The notes: generated by a model not told the origin, from the letters alone. A stretch of 29,932 nt of DNA from Pseudobacteriovorax sp. (GCA_050293845.1 JBNKNM010000049.1:1-29932); one strand, 5' to 3'; counted from the stretch's first letter, positions 1 to 10,136 are shown. Numbers and translations are program-made.

Positions 1-18
1 TCGATGCTCGCCGCAGGG

Positions 19-65
19 CTTCTCCACTCCTCCCGGCCCTAAAAAGACCGGGTTTCCTGGAGAAG
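19..65. mobile_element. Probable IS200/IS605-family terminal hairpin (element end or relic; any remainder lies left of the window)
   Basis: CTTCTCCA-CTCCTCCCGGCCCTAAAAAGACCGGGTTTCC-TGGAGAAG has an 8-bp outer stem and an inner CCCGG/CCGGG stem. It resembles the TCCTCCC...CTAAA...GGGTTTCC subterminal palindromes of IS200/IS605 (tnpA/tnpB/iscB) elements. Confidence 0.55.
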
Positions 66-69
66 TTTG

Positions 70-969
70 ATGAAAAAGAACTCTTCAATCATATTGACAA
101 TGGTATTTGTATTAGTTGTAGGAAGCCTTATTATATCATTCAATGATGTACTTGTTAGAATCTTGGGTAAAAAAGGAAATATTTTTCAATATTTACTATT
201 ACGCGAAATTTTCATGACCTTGTTATTAGCTCCTTTTTGGTTCAAACAATCAAAAGCTGGTCGATCTCAAGGAAAGTCGTGGATACAAGTTGCACGAGCG
301 CACCTTTTGATTCTGGGTAGTGGCGGTGTTTTCATTGCACTCAAATACATGCCTCTGGCGAGTGCTAATGCTGTGTTTTATACTGCACCAATCTTAACCG
401 TATTTGCCGCTTCGGTAGTTCTGAAGGATCAGATTCGTTTTTATCAAATAGTCACGGGGTTTACCGCTTTCGTTGGAATGTTGATCGTTGTAAAACCGGA
501 TGAATTTAATTGGGCAGTAATTGCTGCTTTGGTAACAGCGGTCACGCTAGCTATTAGTAATATACTTCCTCGACTGCTAAGTTTTGAAACAACAAACATG
601 TCGATCATGTTTTGGAGTAACTTCTATACCATTCCTACCTTAGCTTTTCTGGGAGCGTTCTTCTGGGAACCCATTGGCATAGATTTTATTGCTCTATGTT
701 TTGCTAGCAGTCTTTGTTTAGGAGCCTACCAATACAGTACCATAATATCATACAGGAAAGTGAATGCTGCTATTATAGCAATAGTTGAATATTCTGGATT
801 GGTCTTTGTTTCAATATTAGCTTGGATCATCTTTAATGAATCATTAGACCTTCTATCGATATTAGGAATTGCTATGATAATTTTACCAACGGTTCTGCAA
901 ACAATTCTAGATAGAAATAGAGTCCAAGACAGTGATATAGTCAAGCCATTACCCCTAGAGGCAACTTGA
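70..969 (+). CDS. DMT/EamA-family transporter
   Basis: About 10 hydrophobic segments in two EamA-like halves. Typical motifs ALKYMPLASANAVFYTAP and EYSGLVFVSILAWIIFNE. ATG at 70 follows GGAG; alternative TTG start at 67. Confidence 0.9.
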   Translation: MKKNSSIILTMVFVLVVGSLIISFNDVLVRILGKKGNIFQYLLLREIFMTLLLAPFWFKQSKAGRSQGKSWIQVARAHLLILGSGGVFIALKYMPLASANAVFYTAPILTVFAASVVLKDQIRFYQIVTGFTAFVGMLIVVKPDEFNWAVIAALVTAVTLAISNILPRLLSFETTNMSIMFWSNFYTIPTLAFLGAFFWEPIGIDFIALCFASSLCLGAYQYSTIISYRKVNAAIIAIVEYSGLVFVSILAWIIFNESLDLLSILGIAMIILPTVLQTILDRNRVQDSDIVKPLPLEAT

Positions 970-1004
970 TTTGACAACAAATTTCAAGATCCAAATGAGA
1001 CTGC

Positions 1005-1035
1005 TAGCTTTATGAAGTCATAAAGCTACTTTTTT
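1005..1035 (+). terminator. Intrinsic terminator after the EamA gene
   Basis: TAGCTTTATG-AAGT-CATAAAGCTA stem followed by CTTTTTT. Confidence 0.75.
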
Positions 1036-1139
1036 AAGAATTCAGCCTTGGTAATTCCCTCTTGAGGTAATCTCTGTTTCTTTGAACTAGCAAGTTGTGC
1101 ATTATACATTTTAGGGTACCCAAAATTGCGGAACGGATC

Positions 1140-2501
1140 TCAATCCTGGGTGAAACGCTGCTGTAATTCCTTCTTTAAAGACTCATATCCTGGTCGTCCC
1201 ATTAGAGCGAATAAATTTTTCTTGTAGGCCTCCACCCCCGGTTGGTTAAAGGGATTGATGCCCAGCATGAGGCCGCTAACGGCACAAGCTGTTTCAAAAA
1301 AAGCGAAAAAGTATCCCACGCTCTCCTCATTTAATACAGGTGCAAAGATCTCTATGCATGGCACACCTCCATCAAAATGAGCTATTTTAGTGGCTTCCAT
1401 AGCGGTTTTGTTGATATCTGCAACATTAATACCTTCTAAGTACTGAATCTTATCGTCATCATTACCTGTAGCGGGAACCCGGAGTTGTTTCTCGTAACCA
1501 TCAGCCACATAAGGCTCTTCATAAAATCGGAGAAATGTTTCCAGAATAATTCTTTCACCTTCCTGAACATACTGGCCTAAGGAGTGGAGATCTGAAGTAT
1601 AGGAAAGCCCTGTCGGAAACAGCCCCTTCCCCTCTTTCCCTTCAGACTCGCCAAAAAGTTGCTTCCACCATTCCACAAAAAAGTGAAGTTTGGGATTACC
1701 AAATGACAGTATCTCAATTTTTTTCCCGGCTCTATAGGCGGCATGACGCATACATGCATAGCGCATGGCTGCATGATCTGGAGAACGTTTCAGCTCAGCA
1801 AAAAAGCGATCGGCTCCCGTGAGAACAGATTGGATATTAATTTTGGCTAAAGCCAATGGAAGCAATCCTACCGCGGAAAGCACCGAATAGCGTCCCCCAA
1901 TATCATCTGGTACCACAAATGATTGGTAGCCTTCATCTACAGCTAATTGGCGTAATGCACCATTCTCTTTATCCGTTGTCACAATAATCCGCTTGGCAGC
2001 TTCCGACCGACCAAAGCGATTCTCCATGTATTTTTTTACAATGCGGAAGGCAACAGAGGGCTCAGTCGTTGTACCGGACTTACTAATGACATTGACAACA
2101 GGCAAGCGATCCGCCACCAGTTCCAAAACTTCAATCATGGCCGTGGGCGATAGATGGTGACCCAAAAATGTAATCAAGGGCAGAGTGGATGGCAATACCC
2201 CTGCAAAACTGTGCTGCACAGCATGTACCACAGCGCGCGTTCCCAAATAAGACCCTCCAATGCCAATGACCAAAACCAGGTCGTAAGCAACTTCCAGATC
2301 CTCCACAGTCTTTTGGATTTCTTGGACTAATCGAAAACCATGGTTTTGTGGATAGTCATACCAACCGGTAAAGCCGGCATCGACACATGTCTTGTTCTGA
2401 ATCGATTGCAGATGCTCTTGGGCTAGCTCCAGAAATCCATCGGCTGCTTTCTGTAAATCGCTACCAAAAAAATTACCATCCAGTGTTGCATATGTTTCCA
2501 A
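1140..2501 (-). CDS. pgi: Glucose-6-phosphate isomerase
   Basis: Motifs VIGIGGSYLG, SKSGTTTEP, DIGGRYSVLS, QLFGESEGK, DLHSLGQ, PFNQPGVEAYK. Confidence 0.97.
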   Translation of the reverse strand: METYATLDGNFFGSDLQKAADGFLELAQEHLQSIQNKTCVDAGFTGWYDYPQNHGFRLVQEIQKTVEDLEVAYDLVLVIGIGGSYLGTRAVVHAVQHSFAGVLPSTLPLITFLGHHLSPTAMIEVLELVADRLPVVNVISKSGTTTEPSVAFRIVKKYMENRFGRSEAAKRIIVTTDKENGALRQLAVDEGYQSFVVPDDIGGRYSVLSAVGLLPLALAKINIQSVLTGADRFFAELKRSPDHAAMRYACMRHAAYRAGKKIEILSFGNPKLHFFVEWWKQLFGESEGKEGKGLFPTGLSYTSDLHSLGQYVQEGERIILETFLRFYEEPYVADGYEKQLRVPATGNDDDKIQYLEGINVADINKTAMEATKIAHFDGGVPCIEIFAPVLNEESVGYFFAFFETACAVSGLMLGINPFNQPGVEAYKKNLFALMGRPGYESLKKELQQRFTQD

Positions 2502-2520
2502 TTCTCAACTCCAAATCTTA

Positions 2521-3816
2521 TTATTTTTTTTCTTCTTCTATAGATATGACATATTTTCTTAACTTGGCCATCGTTGCCCTGGTCGATTGTACTGAAAAAT
2601 TCATGGTCCCTTGCTCATCGTAATCGGTAGCGATAATTAAGCAGTTATTATAAATTTTTGAAAGAGTCGCTTGATTAGATATATCAATGGCAAGGGAATA
2701 AGCTATTAGGTTTTTTCTAAAAAAACTGTAGACATGATCTCTCAGTTTTAGAATCCCATCATGGTCTTGCGCCGATAGGATGATGCTTCCTGGGTAGGCT
2801 GCTTTTAAAACTCTGGGTAGAATGGGGTCGTCCAGTAAATCAGCCTTATTGAAAACCATGATCTGAGGAATCTCCCCAGCTCCAATTTCTCGCAACACCT
2901 GATGAGTAATCTCAATATGATCCTCATAGCTATGAAAACTAACGTCGACAATGTGAAGCAAAAGATCAGCCTCGCACACCTCATCCAACGTTGATTTAAA
3001 GGATTCCACCAGGGAGTGAGGCAGATTACGAATAAAACCAACGGTGTCACTGAGCAATATTTTCGGCCTAGTGGAAGGGTCTATGGTTTTGATATTGGTA
3101 TCTAATGTTGCGAACAGTTCATCCTTACCAGAAATGACAGACTTAGTCAGACCGTTCATTAAGGTCGTCTTACCGCTGTTAGTATACCCTACAATAGCTA
3201 CCTTCAATTCATTCGATCGCGATTTCCTTTGGGTTTCCTTTTCTTTTCTAATGGTTTCCAGCTGCTTTTGCAATCTAGCAATTCTTTCGCGGGCCCGGCG
3301 CCTGTCAACTTCAATCTGTTTTTCTCCCATGCCGCGGGAGCGAACCCCTCCGCCTGTTTGTCGTTGAAAATGGGTCCAAGCACCAGTTAACCGAGGTAAT
3401 AAATACTCTAATTTTGCAATCTCAACCTGAGTTTTTGCCTGATTGGTCCTCGCATGACGGGAGAATATTTCTAGGATTATCCCGGTACGATCCATCACGT
3501 TTAAACAAATCATTTCTTCCAGATTGCGTACTTGAGGTGGAGACAAAGGTCTGTCAAAGACAATGAGATTGGCTTCCGAGTCTTCAGCAAGTTCTTTGAT
3601 TTCGCTAACCTTACCAGTTCCTAGTAGAGTTTTTGCGGTCAATCGGTGACGTTTTTGCACCACCTGACCAACTACTTTAATACCTAGAGTCTCTAGAAGG
3701 GACTCCAGCTCTTCGAGATCCTCCTTTAACCGGTGTGGAGATTCATTCGTTAAATTTACCCCCACAAGGATCGCCTTATAGTTTTCAAAAGGTTGGTCCG
3801 CTAGTTCATATATCAT
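2521..3816 (-). CDS. hflX: Ribosome-splitting GTPase HflX
   Basis: DRTGIILEIF, GMGEKQIEVDRR, G1 GYTNSGKT, LFATLD, G3 DTVGFI, G4 NKAD. Confidence 0.97.
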   Translation of the reverse strand: MIYELADQPFENYKAILVGVNLTNESPHRLKEDLEELESLLETLGIKVVGQVVQKRHRLTAKTLLGTGKVSEIKELAEDSEANLIVFDRPLSPPQVRNLEEMICLNVMDRTGIILEIFSRHARTNQAKTQVEIAKLEYLLPRLTGAWTHFQRQTGGGVRSRGMGEKQIEVDRRRARERIARLQKQLETIRKEKETQRKSRSNELKVAIVGYTNSGKTTLMNGLTKSVISGKDELFATLDTNIKTIDPSTRPKILLSDTVGFIRNLPHSLVESFKSTLDEVCEADLLLHIVDVSFHSYEDHIEITHQVLREIGAGEIPQIMVFNKADLLDDPILPRVLKAAYPGSIILSAQDHDGILKLRDHVYSFFRKNLIAYSLAIDISNQATLSKIYNNCLIIATDYDEQGTMNFSVQSTRATMAKLRKYVISIEEEKK

Positions 3817-4054
3817 ATTGACCTATATTGGAATTAAAGCCTTCATCCTATAAATAACAAACTTCATAGAAAAAGCAGCTATCTTTGTCGTAGTTATTGT
3901 TATTTCGATGCTATTAGTACCAATCGGAAGTTTGGCCCACAAAAAATCTATTCTGTAAAGTTCTTTTAATAGATATTTTAGTGTAGCTAAAATAACATAT
4001 TTAGCCTTATATTGGTGGATTTCTGATGAGTAAATTCTCTTCATTCCTTAGTAA

Positions 4055-4138
4055 ATTTGTAGTTTTTACTATCTGGAAAACCAATTAGTTTCTTAGATCT
4101 CTTACAACATCATTTATTCTTGTTATAAAACTACAAAT
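4055..4138. promoter_or_regulatory. Inverted 12-bp repeat pair, candidate operator in the hflX/aceB divergent region
   Basis: ATTTGTAGTTTT (4055-4066) and its perfect reverse complement AAAACTACAAAT (4127-4138). Confidence 0.4.
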
Positions 4139-4384
4139 AAACTTACAGCAAGCTAGGAGTTCAAGTTTCTTGACACCGACTTTTTTTAAAACTAGACTCC
4201 AGGACAGATCAAAACGACTCTATTGAGAAGCAGCTTTATTACAACTGAATCTATACCCCAAAACGGTTCCAAGGTATCGCTATACGCCCACATAGTTTGA
4301 ACCTGGCGCTAGTTTGCACAGGTGTGTCGGCTTTTAAGCTGGCCGTTCTATGCTCTAGGGTATGTGTAAATGGAGAGTTAGCTT

Positions 4385-5968
4385 ATGCTCGATTCTAATG
4401 ACGTTAATCAACTAACACCTTGTAAAAGCATCTATCGAGAACGAGTTTTAACCGATGATGCTATGAAATTTGTAGCAAAGTTGCAGCGCAAGTTTAATGG
4501 AAGACGTATTGAGTTACTTGAACAACGGGTAAAGCGACAAGCCCGAATCGATGAAGGGGAAATGCCAGACTTCCTTGCTGATACCGCTTCCATCCGCAAT
4601 AGTGAATGGAAGGTAGCACCACCCCCTAAGGATCTTGAGGACAGGCGCGTAGAGATCACGGGGCCAACCGATGCGAAGATGATGATTAATGCTCTCAACT
4701 CAGGTGCCAAGGTTTTCATGGCTGATCTTGAGGACTCCTTTTCCCCTACATGGGACAATGTACTCTCCGGGCATCTCAACTTACAGGATGCGGTTCGTCA
4801 GAAGCTCCACTTCAAGTCTCCTGAGGGAAAAAACTATCAACTGAAAGCTCCTGAAGAACTAGCTACACTTATCGTACGTCCACGGGGGTGGCATCTTATA
4901 GAAAAAAATATCACTGTTGACGATCAGTATGTATCAGCTAGTTTATTTGATTTTGGACTATATTTTTTTCATAATGCCAAAGAAAAAATGTCCCAGGGTT
5001 CAGGACCTTATTTTTACCTTCCCAAAATGGAAAGCCATCTTGAGGCTCGCTTATGGAATGACGTATTCACCTTTGCTCAAAAAGAACTTGGGATTCCCCA
5101 TGGTACTATTCGGGCAACATGCCTCATAGAATGTATTCTTGCAGCATACGAGATGGAAGAGATTCTATATGAGCTGAAAGATCATGCCGCCGGACTCAAT
5201 GCTGGCCGTTGGGATTATATTTTTAGCGTTATAAAAAGATTTAAAAAACATCCCTCAGCAGTTCTTCCCGACCGTAGTGCTGTTACGATGCAGGTACCTT
5301 TTATGAGGGCTTATACTGAACTCATGATTCGCAGCTGTCACAAGAGGGGTGCCCATGCTATCGGGGGCATGGCTGCATTTATACCTAGCAGGAAAGATCC
5401 TGATGTTAATGAAAATGCTATTAAAAAGGTTCGCGAAGATAAGGAACTGGAAGTAAAATCAGCATGCGATGGTACCTGGGTTGCCCACCCAGATCTGGTA
5501 CCTATCGCTCAAGCTGTCTTCACGGGGGCTATTGGGGATCAACTAAATCAAAAAAATAACCTCCGTGAAGACGTTCATATTTCAGCCAGCCAATTAAGAG
5601 ATTTCAAAGTTCCTGGAGGTAAAGTTACTGAGGTTGGGGTCAGGCTCAACATCAATATAGCTATCAGTTACCTCAATCACTGGCTTAATGGACTTGCAGC
5701 CGTGGCCTTGCATAATATTATGGAAGATACCGCCACGGCTGAAATTTCTCGTGCCCAATTGTGGCAATGGATTAAACATCAGACTAAACTGGAAGATGGA
5801 AGGCCGTTTACTCAGGAGTTATACACCGAGCTTCGAAACCAAGAGCTAGAGGCATTGGGGGGCATACAGCATGGCCACCATAAAAAGGTTATCGAATTGC
5901 TAGATGGGTTAGTATTAAGTCCCGAGTTCACCGAATTTCTGACTATTCCAGCTTATAACTTGCTTTGA
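4385..5968 (+). CDS. aceB: Malate synthase A
   Basis: [75 protein letters not shown]. Confidence 0.97.
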   Translation: MLDSNDVNQLTPCKSIYRERVLTDDAMKFVAKLQRKFNGRRIELLEQRVKRQARIDEGEMPDFLADTASIRNSEWKVAPPPKDLEDRRVEITGPTDAKMMINALNSGAKVFMADLEDSFSPTWDNVLSGHLNLQDAVRQKLHFKSPEGKNYQLKAPEELATLIVRPRGWHLIEKNITVDDQYVSASLFDFGLYFFHNAKEKMSQGSGPYFYLPKMESHLEARLWNDVFTFAQKELGIPHGTIRATCLIECILAAYEMEEILYELKDHAAGLNAGRWDYIFSVIKRFKKHPSAVLPDRSAVTMQVPFMRAYTELMIRSCHKRGAHAIGGMAAFIPSRKDPDVNENAIKKVREDKELEVKSACDGTWVAHPDLVPIAQAVFTGAIGDQLNQKNNLREDVHISASQLRDFKVPGGKVTEVGVRLNINIAISYLNHWLNGLAAVALHNIMEDTATAEISRAQLWQWIKHQTKLEDGRPFTQELYTELRNQELEALGGIQHGHHKKVIELLDGLVLSPEFTEFLTIPAYNLL

Positions 5969-5988
5969 AGCGAATTAAGGAGGGCTAA

Positions 5989-7272
5989 ATGAACAAGCAA
6001 GAGCAGATCAGTGCACTGAAAAAAGATTGGCAAAGTAATCCCCGGTGGTCAGGGATTAAAAGACCTTATTCTGCAGAGGATGTGGTCAAGCTTCGCCCCT
6101 CTATTGCCATCGACTATTCGCTAGCTAAGGCAGGAGCTATACGATTTAATGAGTTACTTAACAAAGAACCCTATATAAACACATTAGGAGCCCTAACCGG
6201 TTCACAAGCGGTTCAAATGGTACGTGCAGGGCTCAAAGCCATTTACATGAGCGGCTGGCAAGTTGCAGCAGATGCCAACCAAGCTGGACAAACTTATCCA
6301 GACCAAAGCCTTTACCCTTCCAACAGTGTCCCCCAATTGGTGCGTCGCCTCAATAATGCTCTACAACGGGCTGATCTCATTAATAAAGCTGAAGGCAAAG
6401 ACGATGAAACCTACTGGTACGCACCCATTGTTGCCGATGCCGAAGCTGGCTTTGGCGGCCCACTTCATGCCTTTGAACTGATGAAGGGTATGATAGAGGC
6501 AGGAGCTGCGGCTGTGCATTTCGAAGATCAGTTAGCATCGGAAAAGAAATGTGGTCATTTGGGAGGAAAAGTATTAGTTCCCACATCGCAGTTTATTCGC
6601 ACCTTAACGGGAGCGCGCCTTGCGGCTGACGTGTGTAACGTTCCCACTTTCCTTATTGCAAGGACGGACTCCCTAGCAGCCACATTGATGACTTCTGACA
6701 TTGACCCTTGCGATGCCCCTTTCTTGAAGGAAGGTCGTACTCCGGAAGGGTATTACAAAGTTAAGCCAGGGATGGAATCCGCCATTGCTCGTGGTTTAGC
6801 TTACGCTCCTTACGCTGACCTCGTTTGGTTTGAAACTTCAGTTCCCGATATTGGCGAAGCTAAAGAGTTTGCCGAAGCCATGAAGGAAAAGTTTCCCAAT
6901 AAAATGCTTGCTTACAACTGTTCCCCATCCTTTAATTGGGAAGCTAAGTTAGATGAAGCAGCCATCGCGAAATTCCAAACAAGCCTCGCTGAGTTTGGCT
7001 ACCGCTTCCAGTTTATTACTCTAGCGGGATGGCATTCAATTAACTACCATATGTTCGACCTAGCCAAGGGATATAAAGACACGGGGATGACGGCCTTTGT
7101 TGATCTCCAATCGCGTGAATTCAAAAGAGAATCCGACGGCTATACCGCTGTCAAGCACCAACGAGAAGTAGGAACAGGCTACTTCGATAGCGTGCTTATG
7201 ACCCTTACTGGGGGAAAAGCTTCAACTACAGCACTTGCTGGCTCTACAGAAGAAGAGCAGTTTAATAAGTAA
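5989..7272 (+). CDS. aceA: Isocitrate lyase
   Basis: Catalytic [59 protein letters not shown]. Confidence 0.98.
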   Translation: MNKQEQISALKKDWQSNPRWSGIKRPYSAEDVVKLRPSIAIDYSLAKAGAIRFNELLNKEPYINTLGALTGSQAVQMVRAGLKAIYMSGWQVAADANQAGQTYPDQSLYPSNSVPQLVRRLNNALQRADLINKAEGKDDETYWYAPIVADAEAGFGGPLHAFELMKGMIEAGAAAVHFEDQLASEKKCGHLGGKVLVPTSQFIRTLTGARLAADVCNVPTFLIARTDSLAATLMTSDIDPCDAPFLKEGRTPEGYYKVKPGMESAIARGLAYAPYADLVWFETSVPDIGEAKEFAEAMKEKFPNKMLAYNCSPSFNWEAKLDEAAIAKFQTSLAEFGYRFQFITLAGWHSINYHMFDLAKGYKDTGMTAFVDLQSREFKRESDGYTAVKHQREVGTGYFDSVLMTLTGGKASTTALAGSTEEEQFNK

Positions 7273-7290
7273 TTAGACTACCTCACTCCT

Positions 7291-7326
7291 AGGGGTTTGC
7301 CTCACTCAGGCAAGCCTCTCCTTCTT
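7291..7326 (+). terminator. Probable terminator after aceBA
   Basis: 12-bp stem AGGGGTTTGCCT/AGGCAAGCCTCT (2 G-U) with loop CACTC, followed by a pyrimidine run CCTTCTT. Confidence 0.6.
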
Positions 7327-7383
7327 AAAGTCTTGCCCTCCCCTTCCGATAGCACTTGCACTAACATATTACTGGTATGATCT

Positions 7384-8130
7384 ATGCGATTGTTTGGTCC
7401 GTGGCTGCTTTTATTAATCCACTGCAAAGTATTTGGCTTTGATCTTAAGCCAACTAGTCCCCCTATCCCCCCCAAACCAGAAAGCTCAGAACCAACCAAA
7501 AAGCTTACATTTAGTGAAAATTTTCACTTATCTTTTCAATATAATTCCGGCACATTTAACCTAAACCTTGCTGACCCTAACAGCTTAGACATTGAGCCAC
7601 AGTCTGGTTTGTATGAGGATGGTAAGCCGGTATCAGGAATTTTTTCAGGAGGTGGATTACGAGAGTTTCGCACCTCATTATCTCTACTGTGGCCCTTTAA
7701 GTCTCAGCTATATAGTACGGGCATTGGGTTGAGCAATCTTGAGCTGGGTAGCCCTGGCCCACACATGACTAAAGGTTCAAGCTCTACTAGCCTTCATATC
7801 AACGCCTTCACCACTGAGTTTGCGGTTCTCAAAAAAATTCCAGATTTTGGCTATACTGTTGGTAGCATAAATTTCGACACCCTTATCGATGGGCGATTGC
7901 GATCCCAATATCTGATCCGCTCCGATGGCAGCACCGCTACCATCGAGAACTCTCTCGAATCCGGCTATAAAATAGGTATCAAAGGCGAGTATCACCTTAA
8001 TTTCAGTGCCGGACTGAGTATTGGGATTAATGGAGGATTGCAGTATGGTGTCCTGAAGGTCAAGAATTATATGGGAAAATCTTCACTATTTGGCTTTTCC
8101 TATGGAATGAACCTGCTACTGTTGATATAG
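7384..8130 (+). CDS. Exported protein, putative outer-membrane beta-barrel
   Basis: Signal-peptide-like N-terminus, Pro-rich linker PTSPPIPPKP, then alternating Gly/aromatic strands (GYKIGIKGEYHLNF, LSIGINGGLQYG, FSYGMNL) running to the C-terminus. Confidence 0.6.
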   Translation: MRLFGPWLLLLIHCKVFGFDLKPTSPPIPPKPESSEPTKKLTFSENFHLSFQYNSGTFNLNLADPNSLDIEPQSGLYEDGKPVSGIFSGGGLREFRTSLSLLWPFKSQLYSTGIGLSNLELGSPGPHMTKGSSSTSLHINAFTTEFAVLKKIPDFGYTVGSINFDTLIDGRLRSQYLIRSDGSTATIENSLESGYKIGIKGEYHLNFSAGLSIGINGGLQYGVLKVKNYMGKSSLFGFSYGMNLLLLI

Positions 8131-8278
8131 CTTAATTGAATTTTTCTCCGAAAATACTGAAACCTTCCTGGAAGCGTTACATTTTAACTGTGGATCTAAA
8201 ATCATGTAAAGAAACTTGATCTAACATCCGATTAGCTATATATTCATCCTTTCCTCATTTTCAGGAGATCCTCTAGCA

Positions 8279-8290
8279 ATGAACAGATAA
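8279..8290 (+). promoter_or_regulatory. Candidate leader uORF (Met-Asn-Arg-stop) upstream of the ABC-F gene
   Basis: AGGAG at 8263-8267, then ATG AAC AGA TAA. Downstream stems overlap the ABC-F RBS. Confidence 0.4.
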
Positions 8291-8341
8291 CAACCAAAGG
8301 TAGTAAGAAGTTTTCAAATTCTTATATTTGTTTGGTGAGTT

Positions 8342-9853
8342 ATGGCATTGCATTCATCTATTCTGGTTAGTAACCTTGTATTCACATTCGATCGGCAGGT
8401 AAACCCACTCATAAGCAAGCTATCCTTTGCCTGCAGTAGCGGTTGGACCGGTATTATCGGCAGCAATGGTTGCGGGAAAAGTACTTTATTAAAGCTCATT
8501 TGCGGACAGTTGCATCCAGAACAAGGATCGGTGCAGGTTCGCGGGAAAATAAGCTATTGTAGACAGCTGCCGCACTGCAGTAATCTGGAATACCAAGACT
8601 TCCAGGAGTCATTTGAAAAGCATGTGATCCTGCTGAAAGAAACCTTTAACTTATTCGATTTTTTTGGAAGGGATTTTACTGCACTCAGCTGGGGAGAGAA
8701 AAAGCGCTTTCAGATCGCCATGGCTTTAAGCCAAAGACCTGATATTCTTTTGCTTGACGAGCCCACCAATCACCTTGATGACAAAGGTTGCCGCCATCTG
8801 CTTGAAGCGCTGCGCACTTTTAAGGGTTTAGGTGTCATTGTTAGTCATGATCGCGAGATATTAAACATCTTATGCAAGCAATGCATCATATTCCAACACC
8901 ATAGCATTTATATTCTACCCGGAAACTACAGTAAGTGCCTCCAAGAGATGCAAAAGCAAAGATACAATCGCGAGCACTCCTATAGAACAGCCCAGCAAAA
9001 AATCAAAAAAATGGAAAAAGAAATTAATCGTATTCAAACTGTGGAATCTCGCACTCAGAAAAGGCTTTCCAAGCGAAATATCCATAATAAAGATAGGTCA
9101 TCAAAGGCAAAAATTGACCTTGCCAGACTCACTTCAAAAGATAGTTCTCTGAGTGGAAAAAAGAAAAATCTACTCCGGGAAAAAGACAAAAACCTAGCAG
9201 ATAAGCAGCAACTGGCTCTACCTAAGGATCATCAAAACCATATTTTTTTTGCACCTAAAAACATCAAACGTTCCACAGTGCTTGCGGTAGAGCCCGGTAA
9301 ATTATTCTTAAGGGATGAACTGAGCCTATGGGTCCCCCAGCTTTGCCTCAAGAAAGGAGACAAGGTGGCTTTGACAGGGGAAAATGGGGTTGGTAAAAGC
9401 ACCTTTCTTAACTTTTTATGGAACTCCCCTTTTCTCAAAACAAAACGCCGTTTTTTTTTACAACAGGAAATTGATCATGCCGACAGTAAACATATCATTG
9501 AGCTTTGGCGGGGCCTTGACCACGATAAGTTCAGTCAAAGCATGCATATATTAGCCCGCTTAGGTGCCCATCATCGGGTTCTTACCACAGACAATCGCTC
9601 TCCCGGTGAAATCCGTAAGATCGCCATAGCCATGACCATTGTGGATGACTACGAACTTCTTGTCCTCGATGAACCCACCAACCATCTCGATTTACCTTCT
9701 ATGGAGCGGTTGGAAGCCTGCCTCAGTACAGCATCCTTAGCCCTTATCATGGTGTCCCATGATCCTCAGTTCTGCCAAAATGTTTGTCATAGCTACTGGC
9801 ACCTCAGCATTGCTGGAAAAAAAAGAACCTTGAGGAAAAGTGATGTACCTTAA
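8342..9853 (+). CDS. ABC-F family ATPase (ribosome-associated, possibly ribosomal protection)
   Basis: Two NBDs with no TM segments: GSNGCGKST / LSWGE / LLDEPTNHLD / SHD and GENGVGKST / SPGE / LDEPTNHLD / SHD, joined by a long basic linker. Confidence 0.9.
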   Translation: MALHSSILVSNLVFTFDRQVNPLISKLSFACSSGWTGIIGSNGCGKSTLLKLICGQLHPEQGSVQVRGKISYCRQLPHCSNLEYQDFQESFEKHVILLKETFNLFDFFGRDFTALSWGEKKRFQIAMALSQRPDILLLDEPTNHLDDKGCRHLLEALRTFKGLGVIVSHDREILNILCKQCIIFQHHSIYILPGNYSKCLQEMQKQRYNREHSYRTAQQKIKKMEKEINRIQTVESRTQKRLSKRNIHNKDRSSKAKIDLARLTSKDSSLSGKKKNLLREKDKNLADKQQLALPKDHQNHIFFAPKNIKRSTVLAVEPGKLFLRDELSLWVPQLCLKKGDKVALTGENGVGKSTFLNFLWNSPFLKTKRRFFLQQEIDHADSKHIIELWRGLDHDKFSQSMHILARLGAHHRVLTTDNRSPGEIRKIAIAMTIVDDYELLVLDEPTNHLDLPSMERLEACLSTASLALIMVSHDPQFCQNVCHSYWHLSIAGKKRTLRKSDVP

Positions 9854-10136
9854 CTACGTGGCAATTATTATCCTTAAATATGTTATCCAGTCATTATCAA
9901 TAAAGTTCCATTAGTTTGAGCAATGAGACAGCTTGCCATAACAACTCTACAGTCAAACTCGCAAATCAAAAGGTAAAACTAGGCATTATTTTCCTCTGGT
10001 AAGATTTATATAACAGTGCAATTTTTTTTTAAGCTTTTATTACAAGCAGTTGTGACTCCCTTAATAGTGTCGATTAAATGACAGGTCCTTTCTTTCGAAA
10101 AGCTTTAAGAAGTTATTACAATGGTATAAAGCCATA

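Noticed and set aside
3823..4044. 73-aa minus-strand ORF upstream of hflX
   Set aside because: AT-rich low-information sequence, SD directly abutting the ATG, no motif. Probably promoter DNA.
4304..4318. TGGCGC...TTGCA sigma54-like promoter before aceB
   Set aside because: GG-to-GC spacing is 9 nt, not the strictly required 10.
9868..9902. Three TTATC motifs resembling DnaA boxes
   Set aside because: Each has two or more mismatches to TTATCCACA, and there is no origin-type gene context.
10050..10076. GTCGATTA as a sigma28 -10 for flagellin
   Set aside because: No TAAA-like -35 at 15-nt spacing.
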